Virus record (IMG/VR): IMGVR_UViG_3300047357_000359
Span: 1-64,000 of that record
Direction: 5' to 3' (one strand)
DNA: 64,000 bases
DNA from: a virus
In this document: positions 36,201 through 46,260 of the stretch, piece by piece
Layout of the letters: each line of letters starts with the position of its first letter
Numbering within the stretch: position 1 is the stretch's first letter
Made by a program: the position numbers and the translations under genes
Notes under the pieces: generated by a model
What the model was told of the DNA's origin: nothing
The model's input: only the letters and a program-made list of their open reading frames with translations
The model's database searches: none

Positions 36201-36526
36201 AGATAGCAGAGATTAAAGAAGGCGTTATCGGCATATGGGGCAAGACAAAAGGCAAGTTAGTACGTAAATACAGATGTACAAGCGGAACACGTAAAGGGCG
36301 TATTGTTGCTAAGCCGGCAACATGTAACGCAACTAAAAGAGTTGGAAGTGCGTTAAATATTAAACGTGCTAAGGCTAAAAGAGGTAGTACAATGCAAGTC
36401 AGATCCTCTCGTACTAAACGTGCAAGTGGATTAAGTAAGAGAGTTGCTGGGGCAAATAAGCCACAGTCACAAGCAAGGTATAAAAAGCCTACAAGAAAAA
36501 AGAGTTTTAAAAAGAGATCTAAATAA
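36197..36526 (+). CDS. Highly basic protein, paralogue B
   Basis: W....GKLVRKYRCTSGTRKGRIV....C. Confidence 0.8.
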   Translation: MKIAEIKEGVIGIWGKTKGKLVRKYRCTSGTRKGRIVAKPATCNATKRVGSALNIKRAKAKRGSTMQVRSSRTKRASGLSKRVAGANKPQSQARYKKPTRKKSFKKRSK

Positions 36527-36984
36527 TGAGAGCAGACGAGTTTACAAAACCAAAACAAGAACAACAGGTTGTTGAAGTAGTTCCGGCTATTGCGGCGGCA
36601 GTTGGTAGAGTCGGTGCTCAAATGGGTACAGCGGCCGCGAAGGCCGGTATGAAAGTTGCTACTGCTGGAATGAAAGCAGGTGCTAAAGCTGGAGCCAATC
36701 TAGCTAAAGGTGCAGGTAAAGCGGCAATGAAATCAATTGGCAAGGCACAGGCTAACATAACAAAGAGCATACTTAAAAAAGGTGCCAAGTTAGCAATGCC
36801 AACAGCAGGGCCAGGTGGCAAAGAACAAGAATTTGATATAGATGACGTCCAAGGCGATCAAGTCATCTTAAAGAATCCAAAACCAAAAGCAGGTGAACCA
36901 CAGTCGTTTGTCTATAACAAAAAAGACTTAGACGATGTAGTAAAACAAAAAGCTGATGCAATAGCACAAATGGGTAAAAGTTAA
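36526..36984 (+). CDS. Ala/Gly/Lys-rich late protein
   Basis: MRADEF start; amphipathic AGAK repeats. Confidence 0.7.
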   Translation: MRADEFTKPKQEQQVVEVVPAIAAAVGRVGAQMGTAAAKAGMKVATAGMKAGAKAGANLAKGAGKAAMKSIGKAQANITKSILKKGAKLAMPTAGPGGKEQEFDIDDVQGDQVILKNPKPKAGEPQSFVYNKKDLDDVVKQKADAIAQMGKS

Positions 36985-37199
36985 TGAAACTAAAACAAGT
37001 GCTAGAGGGATTTACAATACAAGTAAGCAATGAGGAACAGGAAATTCTAGATAGAATGACTCATATTACTCCTCTCAATGCTTTTCCTCAGAGGGAACAA
37101 TTTATTATTGAGAATTTGATTAGAAAAGCGTTGGTAACAAAAGTTGCTAACAAAGGTATGACAATGGTGATCGCAAATGAACTCGAAACGTATAATTGA
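36984..37199 (+). CDS. Hypothetical late protein
   Basis: 71-aa coupled ORF. Confidence 0.7.
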   Translation: MKLKQVLEGFTIQVSNEEQEILDRMTHITPLNAFPQREQFIIENLIRKALVTKVANKGMTMVIANELETYN

Positions 37200-37605
37200 A
37201 GATTTAGATAGTATTATGGAAGAAGGCCTTAATAGGGTACATGTTCCATATGCAAAGGGTAAGAGTGTTCGTATAAAGAACACCGTGATTAGACAGACGA
37301 AACAAGGATTTTTAGTGTTTGACGTAAAGACACATACAAGAATAGCAGAAACATTTAGTAAGCGTGGAGCCATTGCTTATGCAAAAGCTCGTGCTAAAGG
37401 ATATGATGCAAAGTGTAGTGAAATACTAGATTTAGATGCAGGATTAAGCAAACATTACATGGATAGCTTGTTCCATAAGCATAGCATTGAACAAACGAAC
37501 GACGAAATGCGTAAAATGGCGTTAGAAACTAGGTTTGAGATAGCAAAAGACCGTACTTTTCAATATATGGACCAAATCGACAGGTTCATCTTTAACGAAG
37601 AATGA
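37177..37605 (+). CDS. Hypothetical protein
   Basis: 142-aa coupled ORF. Confidence 0.7.
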   Translation: MNSKRIIEDLDSIMEEGLNRVHVPYAKGKSVRIKNTVIRQTKQGFLVFDVKTHTRIAETFSKRGAIAYAKARAKGYDAKCSEILDLDAGLSKHYMDSLFHKHSIEQTNDEMRKMALETRFEIAKDRTFQYMDQIDRFIFNEE

Positions 37606-37635
37606 TAAATAATATTAATGTAAGGAACAACTGAT

Positions 37636-38577
37636 ATGAAACTTAACGATTTGAAAAAACCTTTAACAGCTAATGCTTTAAATGAAAGCCTAGCTAAAAC
37701 TTTTGGAACAAGAATTGCTCTTGATAAATTTACTGTGGAGCAACTAGAAGATGCACGTAATAAATTACGTACACAGCTAAGCCAAGTTGAAACAAGCGAA
37801 CAGTTTGAAAGCGTACATTCAAGTGATACATATCAGAAAGCTAAAATGTTCCTAGACGTTATCAATCAAGAGATGCTTGAAAGAGAAACTGCTAACGAAG
37901 CGAAACCAGACTTTTTAGATTTAGACAAAGACGGCGACAAGAAAGAGCCAATGAAGAAAGCCGCAAAAGAAAAAGGCGATTCAAAAGATTCAGACTCAAA
38001 AGGCTTATCAGCAAAACAAAAGAAACTTCCAGCAGGTTTGCAAAAAGCTATTGCAGGCAAAAAGAAAACTAATGAAGGCGCAGAAGAAGCGGCCACTTTA
38101 GTTATGGCGGCCAAAGACATGGTAGACCGTGTTACAGGTTGGATGGAAGACACAGCAGAAATGCAAACAGAAAGTATGCTAGAACTAGGCGACAAAATTA
38201 GAGATGAGATGGGTTCAGAAGCATCTGAAACATTTATTGGAACTGTAAAACCAGCACTAGAAAATCTTTACACAGTATTTGAAACAACCAGAGAAGCATT
38301 AACAGGTGGCGTAGCTATCGTAACAGGCGAAGGCGCTCCAGAGACTATGGGAACAGACGTTGAGGCTCCTGCAGAGGACCCAGCTATGGAACCAACAGTT
38401 GACCAAGACGCCGATGCTGAAGCACCAGTAGATGATGAATTTGGAGCAAGTGAACCTGCAACAGGCGGAGAAGAAATTGCGGACAGAGGTAAACGAGAAA
38501 GTGTTTTACGCTCACGCAGACTAGCTCAGTTATTAACTGATTCAAAAAAAAAGGTAGTACCTCAAGCAAAAAAGTAG
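37636..38577 (+). CDS. Acidic/helical late protein, possible prohead core or scaffold
   Basis: GATAAATA promoter; KPDFLDLDKDGDKKEPMKKA motif; many Glu sites. Confidence 0.65.
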   Translation: MKLNDLKKPLTANALNESLAKTFGTRIALDKFTVEQLEDARNKLRTQLSQVETSEQFESVHSSDTYQKAKMFLDVINQEMLERETANEAKPDFLDLDKDGDKKEPMKKAAKEKGDSKDSDSKGLSAKQKKLPAGLQKAIAGKKKTNEGAEEAATLVMAAKDMVDRVTGWMEDTAEMQTESMLELGDKIRDEMGSEASETFIGTVKPALENLYTVFETTREALTGGVAIVTGEGAPETMGTDVEAPAEDPAMEPTVDQDADAEAPVDDEFGASEPATGGEEIADRGKRESVLRSRRLAQLLTDSKKKVVPQAKK

Positions 38578-38912
38578 CTGAGGCTTCCGATTCAGACACC
38601 AAGTCTTCCTTAATAAACGTATTTAGAAATGTGATAGGTAGTGCCGATACTCAAAATCAGCCTGCCTATCTTTCATTTGATGCAATGAACACTATCATGA
38701 AGAACTTAAAAAAGCCACAGTTTGATTACGATGGCTTCAAAAGAATTTATGATGAGAATCCAGAGATACAACCATTAGTTAAAAACTTTGATTCAAAAGG
38801 TATTACTCTTTACACAAAGAAAGAAGCACCTAGCGATGCACCAAAAGGTCAAAAGACTGACGGCGAAGTAGATAAAATGGCTCAACGTGCAACATCAAAA
38901 GCAACTGCATAA
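38541..38912 (+). CDS. Downstream ORF open from the A9 run; probable -1 frameshift extension of 37636..38577
   Basis: Frame is open from 38541 (after TGA at 38538); the GTG at 38631 lacks an SD. Confidence 0.6.
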   Translation, partial: FKKKGSTSSKKVAEASDSDTKSSLINVFRNVIGSADTQNQPAYLSFDAMNTIMKNLKKPQFDYDGFKRIYDENPEIQPLVKNFDSKGITLYTKKEAPSDAPKGQKTDGEVDKMAQRATSKATA

Positions 38913-38972
38913 CAAAACCACTTGACAACGTAGAACACTTCCTGTATACTATATAATGTATAGGAGGAAACT

Positions 38973-39566
38973 ATGAATGAAGTATCTATTGTACCTAATC
39001 TAGTTTGGAAATATAATTATAGTCCAGGCTTTGATGTACAAGCATTTAAAGACTACCAATCCACAGAAGCACAGTTACATCAAACAGAAGCTGATGGTGG
39101 CAAGAGTACGGCAGGTCATGCTAACCCTCCTCACGAATGGGAATGTAATAGAGATTTTATGATTTGGTTACGTCCAAAGATTGAAATAGCTCTAGCTGAA
39201 TGGGATATACAGTACACAGATATTATTGCTACAGGTAGTTGGACTAATTTACACAAACGAGATGCACATACATTACCACATGATCATGGTAGTGCAAACG
39301 TAGTAGTGTCTGCATACGTACAAGTTCCACCACAAAGTGGTAACATAGAGTTTGAACAGTTACTAAGAACTAACTGGTCAGGTTATTCACGTATTCCTAC
39401 TAACACAATACACGATTACTGGAAAGAAGTAAGTGTACAAACTAATGACGTTGTAATATTTCCGGGTTGGCTAACACACAAGACTCAAGCAAGTAACAGC
39501 GATGAAGATAGAATTACATTTACTATTAATACCAACGGCAGAGATAGGAACGATATACCACTATGA
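38973..39566 (+). CDS. Putative 2OG-Fe(II) oxygenase (TIGR02466-like)
   Basis: W.N...PHDH...S.Y..VP..SG.I.F...IFPGWL.H...RIT..IN; promoter TTGACA-N17-TATACT at 38922. Confidence 0.8.
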   Translation: MNEVSIVPNLVWKYNYSPGFDVQAFKDYQSTEAQLHQTEADGGKSTAGHANPPHEWECNRDFMIWLRPKIEIALAEWDIQYTDIIATGSWTNLHKRDAHTLPHDHGSANVVVSAYVQVPPQSGNIEFEQLLRTNWSGYSRIPTNTIHDYWKEVSVQTNDVVIFPGWLTHKTQASNSDEDRITFTINTNGRDRNDIPL

Positions 39567-40324
39567 CACAACGTATGGACCTAGGCACATTAATGAGTGC
39601 AAGTAATCAATGGATAGTAGATATTAGATGTCCTTTCCATGAACAGTTTTTACAGCTATTTGAAAATGACAAGTTTAGGGGTGAAGACCAAAGCAAAGTT
39701 AAAACAACATTCAATGGTTACCAATATGATATTACTCCTCCTAACTTACCTGCATGGGGTGGCAAAGTTGTAAGGTCAGATAAGATGAATCCTGACACAC
39801 CTGAACAACAAGGCTTTCCAAGCAGTAAACTTCTTAAAGAAACAAGATTTGAACCATCAGTACAGTCAAACTTTCCTCCTATAGACAAAGAAAAGTTTGA
39901 TAACATTGATTGGAAACAACTAATGGAATGGGTAATGAAAGTTGTTAGACGCAACGGCATTCCTGTTAAAACTATTAAAGTAAGTAAGACTTGGTGTGTT
40001 GACTATAGTGATGGCGGATACCAAGCAATACACAATCACGGAAGTGCATGTATTAGTATGGTAATGGCTATGGATGAAACTCCTGTTAACGACAGTGACC
40101 ATAAAACTATGTCACCTGACAACGGTATGCTTTACACACTAATGCCTAATCCAGATGGTACACAAGAATACAATCAATTTGCACCATATCCAGGTAGAAC
40201 AGTTATTATGGATGGTAGAGTGTGGCACGGAGTTTATCCTTGTAAAGCACCAAGGCGTACATGGGTAGTTGACTTTGACTTTGATTACTTTGCACCAGAC
40301 GAGGAGTTTGATCCTAATGAGTGA
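39563..40324 (+). CDS. Putative 2OG-Fe(II) oxygenase-like protein
   Basis: WCV.Y..GGYQ.IHNH...P.PG...WHGVYP...RR. Confidence 0.65.
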   Translation: MTQRMDLGTLMSASNQWIVDIRCPFHEQFLQLFENDKFRGEDQSKVKTTFNGYQYDITPPNLPAWGGKVVRSDKMNPDTPEQQGFPSSKLLKETRFEPSVQSNFPPIDKEKFDNIDWKQLMEWVMKVVRRNGIPVKTIKVSKTWCVDYSDGGYQAIHNHGSACISMVMAMDETPVNDSDHKTMSPDNGMLYTLMPNPDGTQEYNQFAPYPGRTVIMDGRVWHGVYPCKAPRRTWVVDFDFDYFAPDEEFDPNE

Positions 40325-40484
40325 AACATGTGAAACATGTCGTATTGCAATCAGCGAGGACGGCATTGAAATAGATTCAAGTCAAGGTGATATTATATTA
40401 GAAGCAACAGTACTTGGTGGTATTGTAATTGTTATAGCATTATTATATGTAGGCAAGAAGTGGATAGACAGGAAATTTAAGTAA
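40317..40484 (+). CDS. Small membrane protein with CxxC
   Basis: MSETCETC...C-terminal TM. Confidence 0.55.
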   Translation: MSETCETCRIAISEDGIEIDSSQGDIILEATVLGGIVIVIALLYVGKKWIDRKFK

Positions 40485-41026
40485 TGGATAAAGTATACAC
40501 AGGATACAATCAAGCTGTAATTGAAACACACTATGACGGATGGTCTGTTGTACATCAACAAGCAAACAATCACGTTACAGAAGTTAAAGACTATCCTAGA
40601 CGAATACAAAGTACTATTGATCCTAACTGTTTTGTAGGTATGGAAAACTGGGTTAGAGATAAAATGAATGAACATAACATACCCGTAAAGAAAGTAACAG
40701 TAGACGAAAGCTGGTTGCACAACTACAAACCACACGAGTATCAGAGTGTACATAATCATACAGGCAAACCTAATCTAATTAGTTTAGTAATGTATGCACA
40801 AGATTTAGAATTAGATCTACCAAACGATAATTCGGGTTCGTTATACACGATTATTGCAGAAAGAGATCTTACCCTTAGTATTAATGAAGTAGTACCTACA
40901 CCAGGTAAGACAGTACTAATGACAGGCAACGTTAATCATGGAACGTACCCTTACCACAACGTAAGGAGTGCATTGGTTATCAATTTTGTAACAGAATGGC
41001 TAGAGCCAGAGGAAGAAATTAAATGA
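40484..41026 (+). CDS. Putative 2OG-Fe(II) oxygenase-like protein
   Basis: SW...Y..EYQ.VHNH...P.PG...NHGTYP...RS.LVINF. Confidence 0.65.
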   Translation: MDKVYTGYNQAVIETHYDGWSVVHQQANNHVTEVKDYPRRIQSTIDPNCFVGMENWVRDKMNEHNIPVKKVTVDESWLHNYKPHEYQSVHNHTGKPNLISLVMYAQDLELDLPNDNSGSLYTIIAERDLTLSINEVVPTPGKTVLMTGNVNHGTYPYHNVRSALVINFVTEWLEPEEEIK

Positions 41027-41703
41027 GTTTAATAACCGAACAGTATGATTATAAAGAGCTAAAAAGAGAAAGCGTAAACGGCAAGCGTTTGTACGCTTGT
41101 CCAGATGGTAACCATGTAGCAAGTGTTACAACAATCCTTAGTAAAACGAAGGATATGACGCATTTAAACGCATGGCGTAAGCGTGTTGGAGAAAAGAAAG
41201 CACAAGAGATTGTAACAGAAGCCGCTAGTGTTGGAACACGTATGCACAAGTTCTTAGAGGATTACATACTAGAAGGCGAATGGCCACAACCAGGCAGTAA
41301 CCCTTACAGTCAACAAGCAAACAAGATGGGTGAACAAATCCGTGATAATGCTATGGTTGACGTAGATGCTATATGGGGTACAGAAGTGATGCTTTATCAC
41401 CCTCAAATCTACGCAGGAACGACTGATCTTGTAGGAACATACAAAGGCCAGCCTTGTATTATGGACTTTAAACAATCTAACAAGCCTAAGAAGAAAGAAT
41501 GGATTGAAGATTACTATTTGCAGTTAACAGCCTATGCCTTAGCACATAACGAAATATACGGCACAGACATTAAAGAAGGGCATGTATTTGTATGCTGTCG
41601 CGACTTAACGTATCAGCAGTTTGATCTATGGCCAGACGAATTTAAGGAGTGGGAATCTAAGTGGTGGGACCGTGTATATCAATATTATGACTCCATGAAG
41701 TGA
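41023..41703 (+). CDS. PD-(D/E)XK exonuclease (Cas4/RecB-like)
   Basis: SVTTIL, L.AWRKRVG, GT.MH...E, YAGTTD, MDFKQ, QL.AY. Confidence 0.85.
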   Translation: MSLITEQYDYKELKRESVNGKRLYACPDGNHVASVTTILSKTKDMTHLNAWRKRVGEKKAQEIVTEAASVGTRMHKFLEDYILEGEWPQPGSNPYSQQANKMGEQIRDNAMVDVDAIWGTEVMLYHPQIYAGTTDLVGTYKGQPCIMDFKQSNKPKKKEWIEDYYLQLTAYALAHNEIYGTDIKEGHVFVCCRDLTYQQFDLWPDEFKEWESKWWDRVYQYYDSMK

Positions 41704-41734
41704 TAAATACTAATAGCAAATTAGGAGAAATATA

Positions 41735-43363
41735 GTGGCGATTGTACAAATTTCACGTATACAGGTTAGACGCGGACAAAAGAATGCAGGTACTGGCATA
41801 CCGCAATTAGCTGGCGGTGAGTTTGGCTGGGCTGTAGATGCTAGAGAACTTTACATTGGTAACGGTTCAGTATCAGAAGGTGCACCAGCAGTTGGTAATA
41901 CAAAGATTATTACACAACATGATAACTTGTTTACGTTTGCAGACACATACAAGTACAAAGCAACGGATGAAACAATCCAAACAGGTGCTACTGCTACAAC
42001 TCCAGTTACTAGAACATTACAAGAAAGACTAGACGAAACAGTAAATGTATTGTCGTTTGGTGCATTAGGTGATGGTTCAGATCAAACAACAGTTTTACAA
42101 AGAGCTATTGATCAACTATACCTAAACAATGCATCAAAAGGAAGTGTTACAAGTAGAGTAAAATTATATTTTCCAGCAGGTAATTACACATTATCAAACA
42201 GTTTAAAAGTTCCGCCACATGCTACACTAGTTGGTGAAGGCAGTGAAAGAACAATCATTACACAGACTGGTGCGTTTCCAATTATAGAAACTGTTAATAG
42301 CACAAGTACTCCAGGTACATATGCCAGTGATGCAACTAGCTCATTTATTAATCAAGCACAAGATATTAAAGTGTCAGGCTTTACACTAGTACAACAAACT
42401 GTTAATACAGGACTAGCATTGACTAGTTGTAGAAACAGTACGTTTGAAGATATTACTATTAAAGGCACTTGGTCAACAGGTACAGTAGTAACAGCAACAC
42501 AAGTTGGTGTACTATTAAACAGTTTATCAACAGCAGTAAGTTCAAACAATAATACGTTTACTAACTGTACTATCGAAGGACACTCATATGGTGTGTTTAG
42601 TGATTTTGATATTAAAGAAAATACGTTTAGTAATACAACATTTAAAACTTTAGACAGAGGTGTTGTATTTGGACAAGGAACTACTATTGGTGCTCAAGGA
42701 CAATTAACAGGTCCACAGAAAAATACAATTACTAGTAGTACATTTACAGACATTGACGAATACGGTATATTTGTTAACAAGGGTAACTATAATAGAAGCA
42801 CACATAACACATTTACTAGTGTTGGTAACAATGGTGGAGCAAACTCAAATGCTTCATTTGCTATTATTAAGTTTACAGACGGTACTGCATTAACTAATAG
42901 CAGTGACGGTGACTTCTTTGACAGAACAGCAGATTTGTCATATAACCAAACATTGATTTCAGGCTACAAATATGTACCAGAAGTTGAAGGGCCAGGATTA
43001 TTTAAAAATGAGTTTTCATATAGAATTCCTGTAGCACAACAGAATACATTTGTAAGAGTATTAAAGTGTAGTGGCGAAGTTAGTAAAAACGTACAAATTG
43101 CGTATGTATACAAATCAACAGCCGTTAACGCAATTAGAGAAGGTGTACTAAACATCTTTGTTAACCTTGCAGACGGAACTACGCAAACAACAGACGAGTT
43201 TACATTTTTAGGAACTGACGCATACAGACCTAATTTAGAATTTCAAACAGCATTAGCTGATGAGGATGGAGATGCAACTAACGAAACAATAGTTGTGCAG
43301 ATGAAGAATACAACAACTAGTGATACAGGGTCAATATCCTTTAACGTTACATATAAGACTTAA
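41735..43363 (+). CDS. Virion tail/baseplate-associated protein with pectate-lyase-like beta-helix
   Basis: MAIVQISRIQVRRG...PQLAGGEFGW N-terminus; V..FGA.GDG...Q.AID...LYFPAG.Y; Thr/Asn-rich repeats. Confidence 0.7.
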   Translation: MAIVQISRIQVRRGQKNAGTGIPQLAGGEFGWAVDARELYIGNGSVSEGAPAVGNTKIITQHDNLFTFADTYKYKATDETIQTGATATTPVTRTLQERLDETVNVLSFGALGDGSDQTTVLQRAIDQLYLNNASKGSVTSRVKLYFPAGNYTLSNSLKVPPHATLVGEGSERTIITQTGAFPIIETVNSTSTPGTYASDATSSFINQAQDIKVSGFTLVQQTVNTGLALTSCRNSTFEDITIKGTWSTGTVVTATQVGVLLNSLSTAVSSNNNTFTNCTIEGHSYGVFSDFDIKENTFSNTTFKTLDRGVVFGQGTTIGAQGQLTGPQKNTITSSTFTDIDEYGIFVNKGNYNRSTHNTFTSVGNNGGANSNASFAIIKFTDGTALTNSSDGDFFDRTADLSYNQTLISGYKYVPEVEGPGLFKNEFSYRIPVAQQNTFVRVLKCSGEVSKNVQIAYVYKSTAVNAIREGVLNIFVNLADGTTQTTDEFTFLGTDAYRPNLEFQTALADEDGDATNETIVVQMKNTTTSDTGSISFNVTYKT

Positions 43364-43788
43364 TGCAAGAATTAAATTTTGAGAGCAGGCTCTTTGACTG
43401 GTCTAGATTTAGAAAGAAACTAGAAACAAGTAATAAGCCCTTCCAGGACGCAATCTCCTACTATGATAGACACGAACGCTGTAAATTAAGCATTGATCCT
43501 TGGGATCGTGCAACATGGCCTAGTCCGTGGGAGATATTACTCCAAAATAAAATTTGTGACTTGACACATAGCCTAGCTGTGTGTTATACTTTACAATTAA
43601 CTGATAGGTTTTCCCAAAGTGATTTTGAGATACATATCAGTACAGATAAGACAAGTGAGGTATTTTTTTATCCTGTATTCGTAGATAACCATGTATTGTG
43701 TTATGAATTTGACGAGGTTTGCCAAAGAGCAGATTTACCAACAGAATTTATATCACAACGCATATATCGAATGCCCCGGCTTCAATAA
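43363..43788 (+). CDS. Conserved phage hypothetical protein
   Basis: RL..W..FR..L...DP.D...WP.PWE.L. Confidence 0.7.
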   Translation: MQELNFESRLFDWSRFRKKLETSNKPFQDAISYYDRHERCKLSIDPWDRATWPSPWEILLQNKICDLTHSLAVCYTLQLTDRFSQSDFEIHISTDKTSEVFFYPVFVDNHVLCYEFDEVCQRADLPTEFISQRIYRMPRLQ

Positions 43789-43839
43789 ATACACTTACAT
43801 TAATATTAAAGATTAAGATTAAAGATTAGGAGATAGAGA

Positions 43840-46194
43840 ATGACAAACGGCTTGGGAATCCAAATCCAAAAAAGAGATGGGTCAAGTGTACCACTAGACA
43901 TCAATAAAATTCACTTTGTTGTAGAAGAAGCGTGTGAAGGACTAGCAGGAGTTAGTAGTAGTCAAATTGAAATGAATGCAAACATTCAATTCTATGACGA
44001 CATGAGTACAGCAGAGATTCAAGAAATCCTAGTTAAAAGTGCAAACGATTTAATTACATTAGAAAATCCTAACTATCAGTTTGTTGCGGCACGTTTATTA
44101 TTATACCCTATCTACAAAGAGTCATTTGGCCAATACAATCCTATTCCTTTAATTGATGTAATCAAACGTAACATTGACCGTGGTGTATACGATCCAGCTA
44201 TCTTAGAAAAGTATACCGAAGACGAACTTTCAACATTAAACAAATACATTAAGCATAAACGTGATGAGAACTTTACGTATGCAGGACTTCGTCAAGTAGT
44301 TGACAAGTACCTTGTACAAGATAGAAGCAGTGGTGACATTTATGAATCTCCACAAATGATGTACATGATGATCGCGGCAACATTGTTCGCAGAATATCCA
44401 GCACAATCACGTATGCAATATGTAAGGAGATACTACGATGCGACCTCCCTTTTTAAAATCAATATCCCGACGCCCGTTATGGCCGGCGTCCGCACACCTC
44501 TTAGACAATTTGCTTCTTGCGTACTTGTTGATAGCGATGATACCCTTAATTCCATTTTTAGTTCTGATATGGCTATTGGGCGTTATACCGCACAAAGAGC
44601 AGGAATAGGAATTAACGCAGGACGTATTAGAGCAGTAAACAGTAAAATTAGAGGTGGTGAAGTAGCACACACAGGTGTTGTCCCATTCCTAAAGAAGTTT
44701 GAAGCAACAGTACGTTGTTGTACACAAAATGGTGTACGTGGTGGTAGTGCAACTACACACTTCCCAATATGGCATTACGAAATTGAAGACATCCTTGTGC
44801 TAAAGAATAACAAAGGTACAGAGGATAACAGAGTACGTAAGTTAGATTATTCAATTCAGCTTAATAAAACTATGTATGAAAGATTATTATCCGGCGGCGA
44901 TATAACTTTGTTCTCGCCACATGAAGTGCCAGACTTATACGAAGCATTTTATTCAGACCAAGATAAGTTTGCAGAGTTGTATGCAAAATATGAACGTAGC
45001 AAAACATTACGTACAAAAACTATTTCAGCAATGGACTTGTTTAGTGCATTAATTAAAGAACGTGCAGAAACAGGACGTATCTATATTATGAATGTTGATC
45101 ATGCTAATACACACAGTTCATTTAAGGACACAGTTTACATGAGTAACTTGTGTCAAGAGATTACATTACCAACTAAGCCACTACAACACATTGACGATCC
45201 AGAAGGTGAAATTGCATTGTGTATTCTTAGTGCTATTAACGTAGGTAAAATTAACAATCTAGATGAACTAGAAGACTTGTGTGATATGGCAGTAAGAGCA
45301 TTAGATGAAATTATTGACTATCAGAAGTATCCAATTTTAGCCGCAGAAAAAAGTACTAAAGCAAGACGTAGCTTAGGTGTAGGTTACATTGGACTAGCAC
45401 ATTACCTAGCTAAGAATCAAGTTAAGTATAGCGACAAAAAAGCATTAACAAAAGTACACGAGCTAACAGAAGCATTTCAATATTATCTGTTACAAGCGTC
45501 AAACAATCTAGCTAAAGAAAAAGGCAAGTGTGAATATTTTGACCGTACTAAATATAGCGATGGAGTACTACCCATTGACACATATAAAAAGGACTTGGAT
45601 GACGTATGCAAGATTACACTAAAATATGATTGGGAGACTCTTAGATCTTCAATTGTTAAGGACGGACTTAGGCACTCAACGTTGTCCGCACAGATGCCAT
45701 CGGAAAGCAGTTCCATTGTGTCGAATGCCACAAACGGTATTGAGCCACCTAGAGGATTCTTGTCCATTAAGAAAAGCAAAAAAGGGCCTCTTAAGCAGAT
45801 TGTTCCACAGTATCAGTCATTAAAGAACTATTACACATTGCTATGGGATATGCCTAGCAACGAAGGCTATATTAACATAGTAGCAGTAATGCAAAAGTTC
45901 TTTGATCAAGCAATTTCAGGTAACTGGAGTTACAACCCAACACACTTTGAAAACAATGAAGTTCCAATGAGTGTAATGCTACAAGATATGTTAACTACAT
46001 ATAAGCTAGGTTGGAAAACTTCATACTACCAAAACACCTATGACTTCAAGTCTGATCCTAACGATTTAGAAGATGAACAAGAAGAAGTTAAGTTAGAAAG
46101 CCCTATTAACGGCTTTGAACCACAGATTGGACGTGCGGAGTTTAACGGCACAGACGATGAGTACGAAGAATATTGCGACAGTTGTGCAATTTAG
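43840..46194 (+). CDS. nrdA: Class Ia ribonucleotide reductase alpha subunit (ATP cone)
   Basis: KRDG ATP cone, PTP, QFASC, SNLCQE, MPSESSS..SNATNGIEP, KTSYY, C-terminal CDSC. Confidence 0.97.
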   Translation: MTNGLGIQIQKRDGSSVPLDINKIHFVVEEACEGLAGVSSSQIEMNANIQFYDDMSTAEIQEILVKSANDLITLENPNYQFVAARLLLYPIYKESFGQYNPIPLIDVIKRNIDRGVYDPAILEKYTEDELSTLNKYIKHKRDENFTYAGLRQVVDKYLVQDRSSGDIYESPQMMYMMIAATLFAEYPAQSRMQYVRRYYDATSLFKINIPTPVMAGVRTPLRQFASCVLVDSDDTLNSIFSSDMAIGRYTAQRAGIGINAGRIRAVNSKIRGGEVAHTGVVPFLKKFEATVRCCTQNGVRGGSATTHFPIWHYEIEDILVLKNNKGTEDNRVRKLDYSIQLNKTMYERLLSGGDITLFSPHEVPDLYEAFYSDQDKFAELYAKYERSKTLRTKTISAMDLFSALIKERAETGRIYIMNVDHANTHSSFKDTVYMSNLCQEITLPTKPLQHIDDPEGEIALCILSAINVGKINNLDELEDLCDMAVRALDEIIDYQKYPILAAEKSTKARRSLGVGYIGLAHYLAKNQVKYSDKKALTKVHELTEAFQYYLLQASNNLAKEKGKCEYFDRTKYSDGVLPIDTYKKDLDDVCKITLKYDWETLRSSIVKDGLRHSTLSAQMPSESSSIVSNATNGIEPPRGFLSIKKSKKGPLKQIVPQYQSLKNYYTLLWDMPSNEGYINIVAVMQKFFDQAISGNWSYNPTHFENNEVPMSVMLQDMLTTYKLGWKTSYYQNTYDFKSDPNDLEDEQEEVKLESPINGFEPQIGRAEFNGTDDEYEEYCDSCAI

Positions 46195-46260
46195 TACTTG
46201 ACAAATACATAAGACTAGTGTATATTAATAAATACGCTATTAGAGAAAAAAGAGAGAGAC

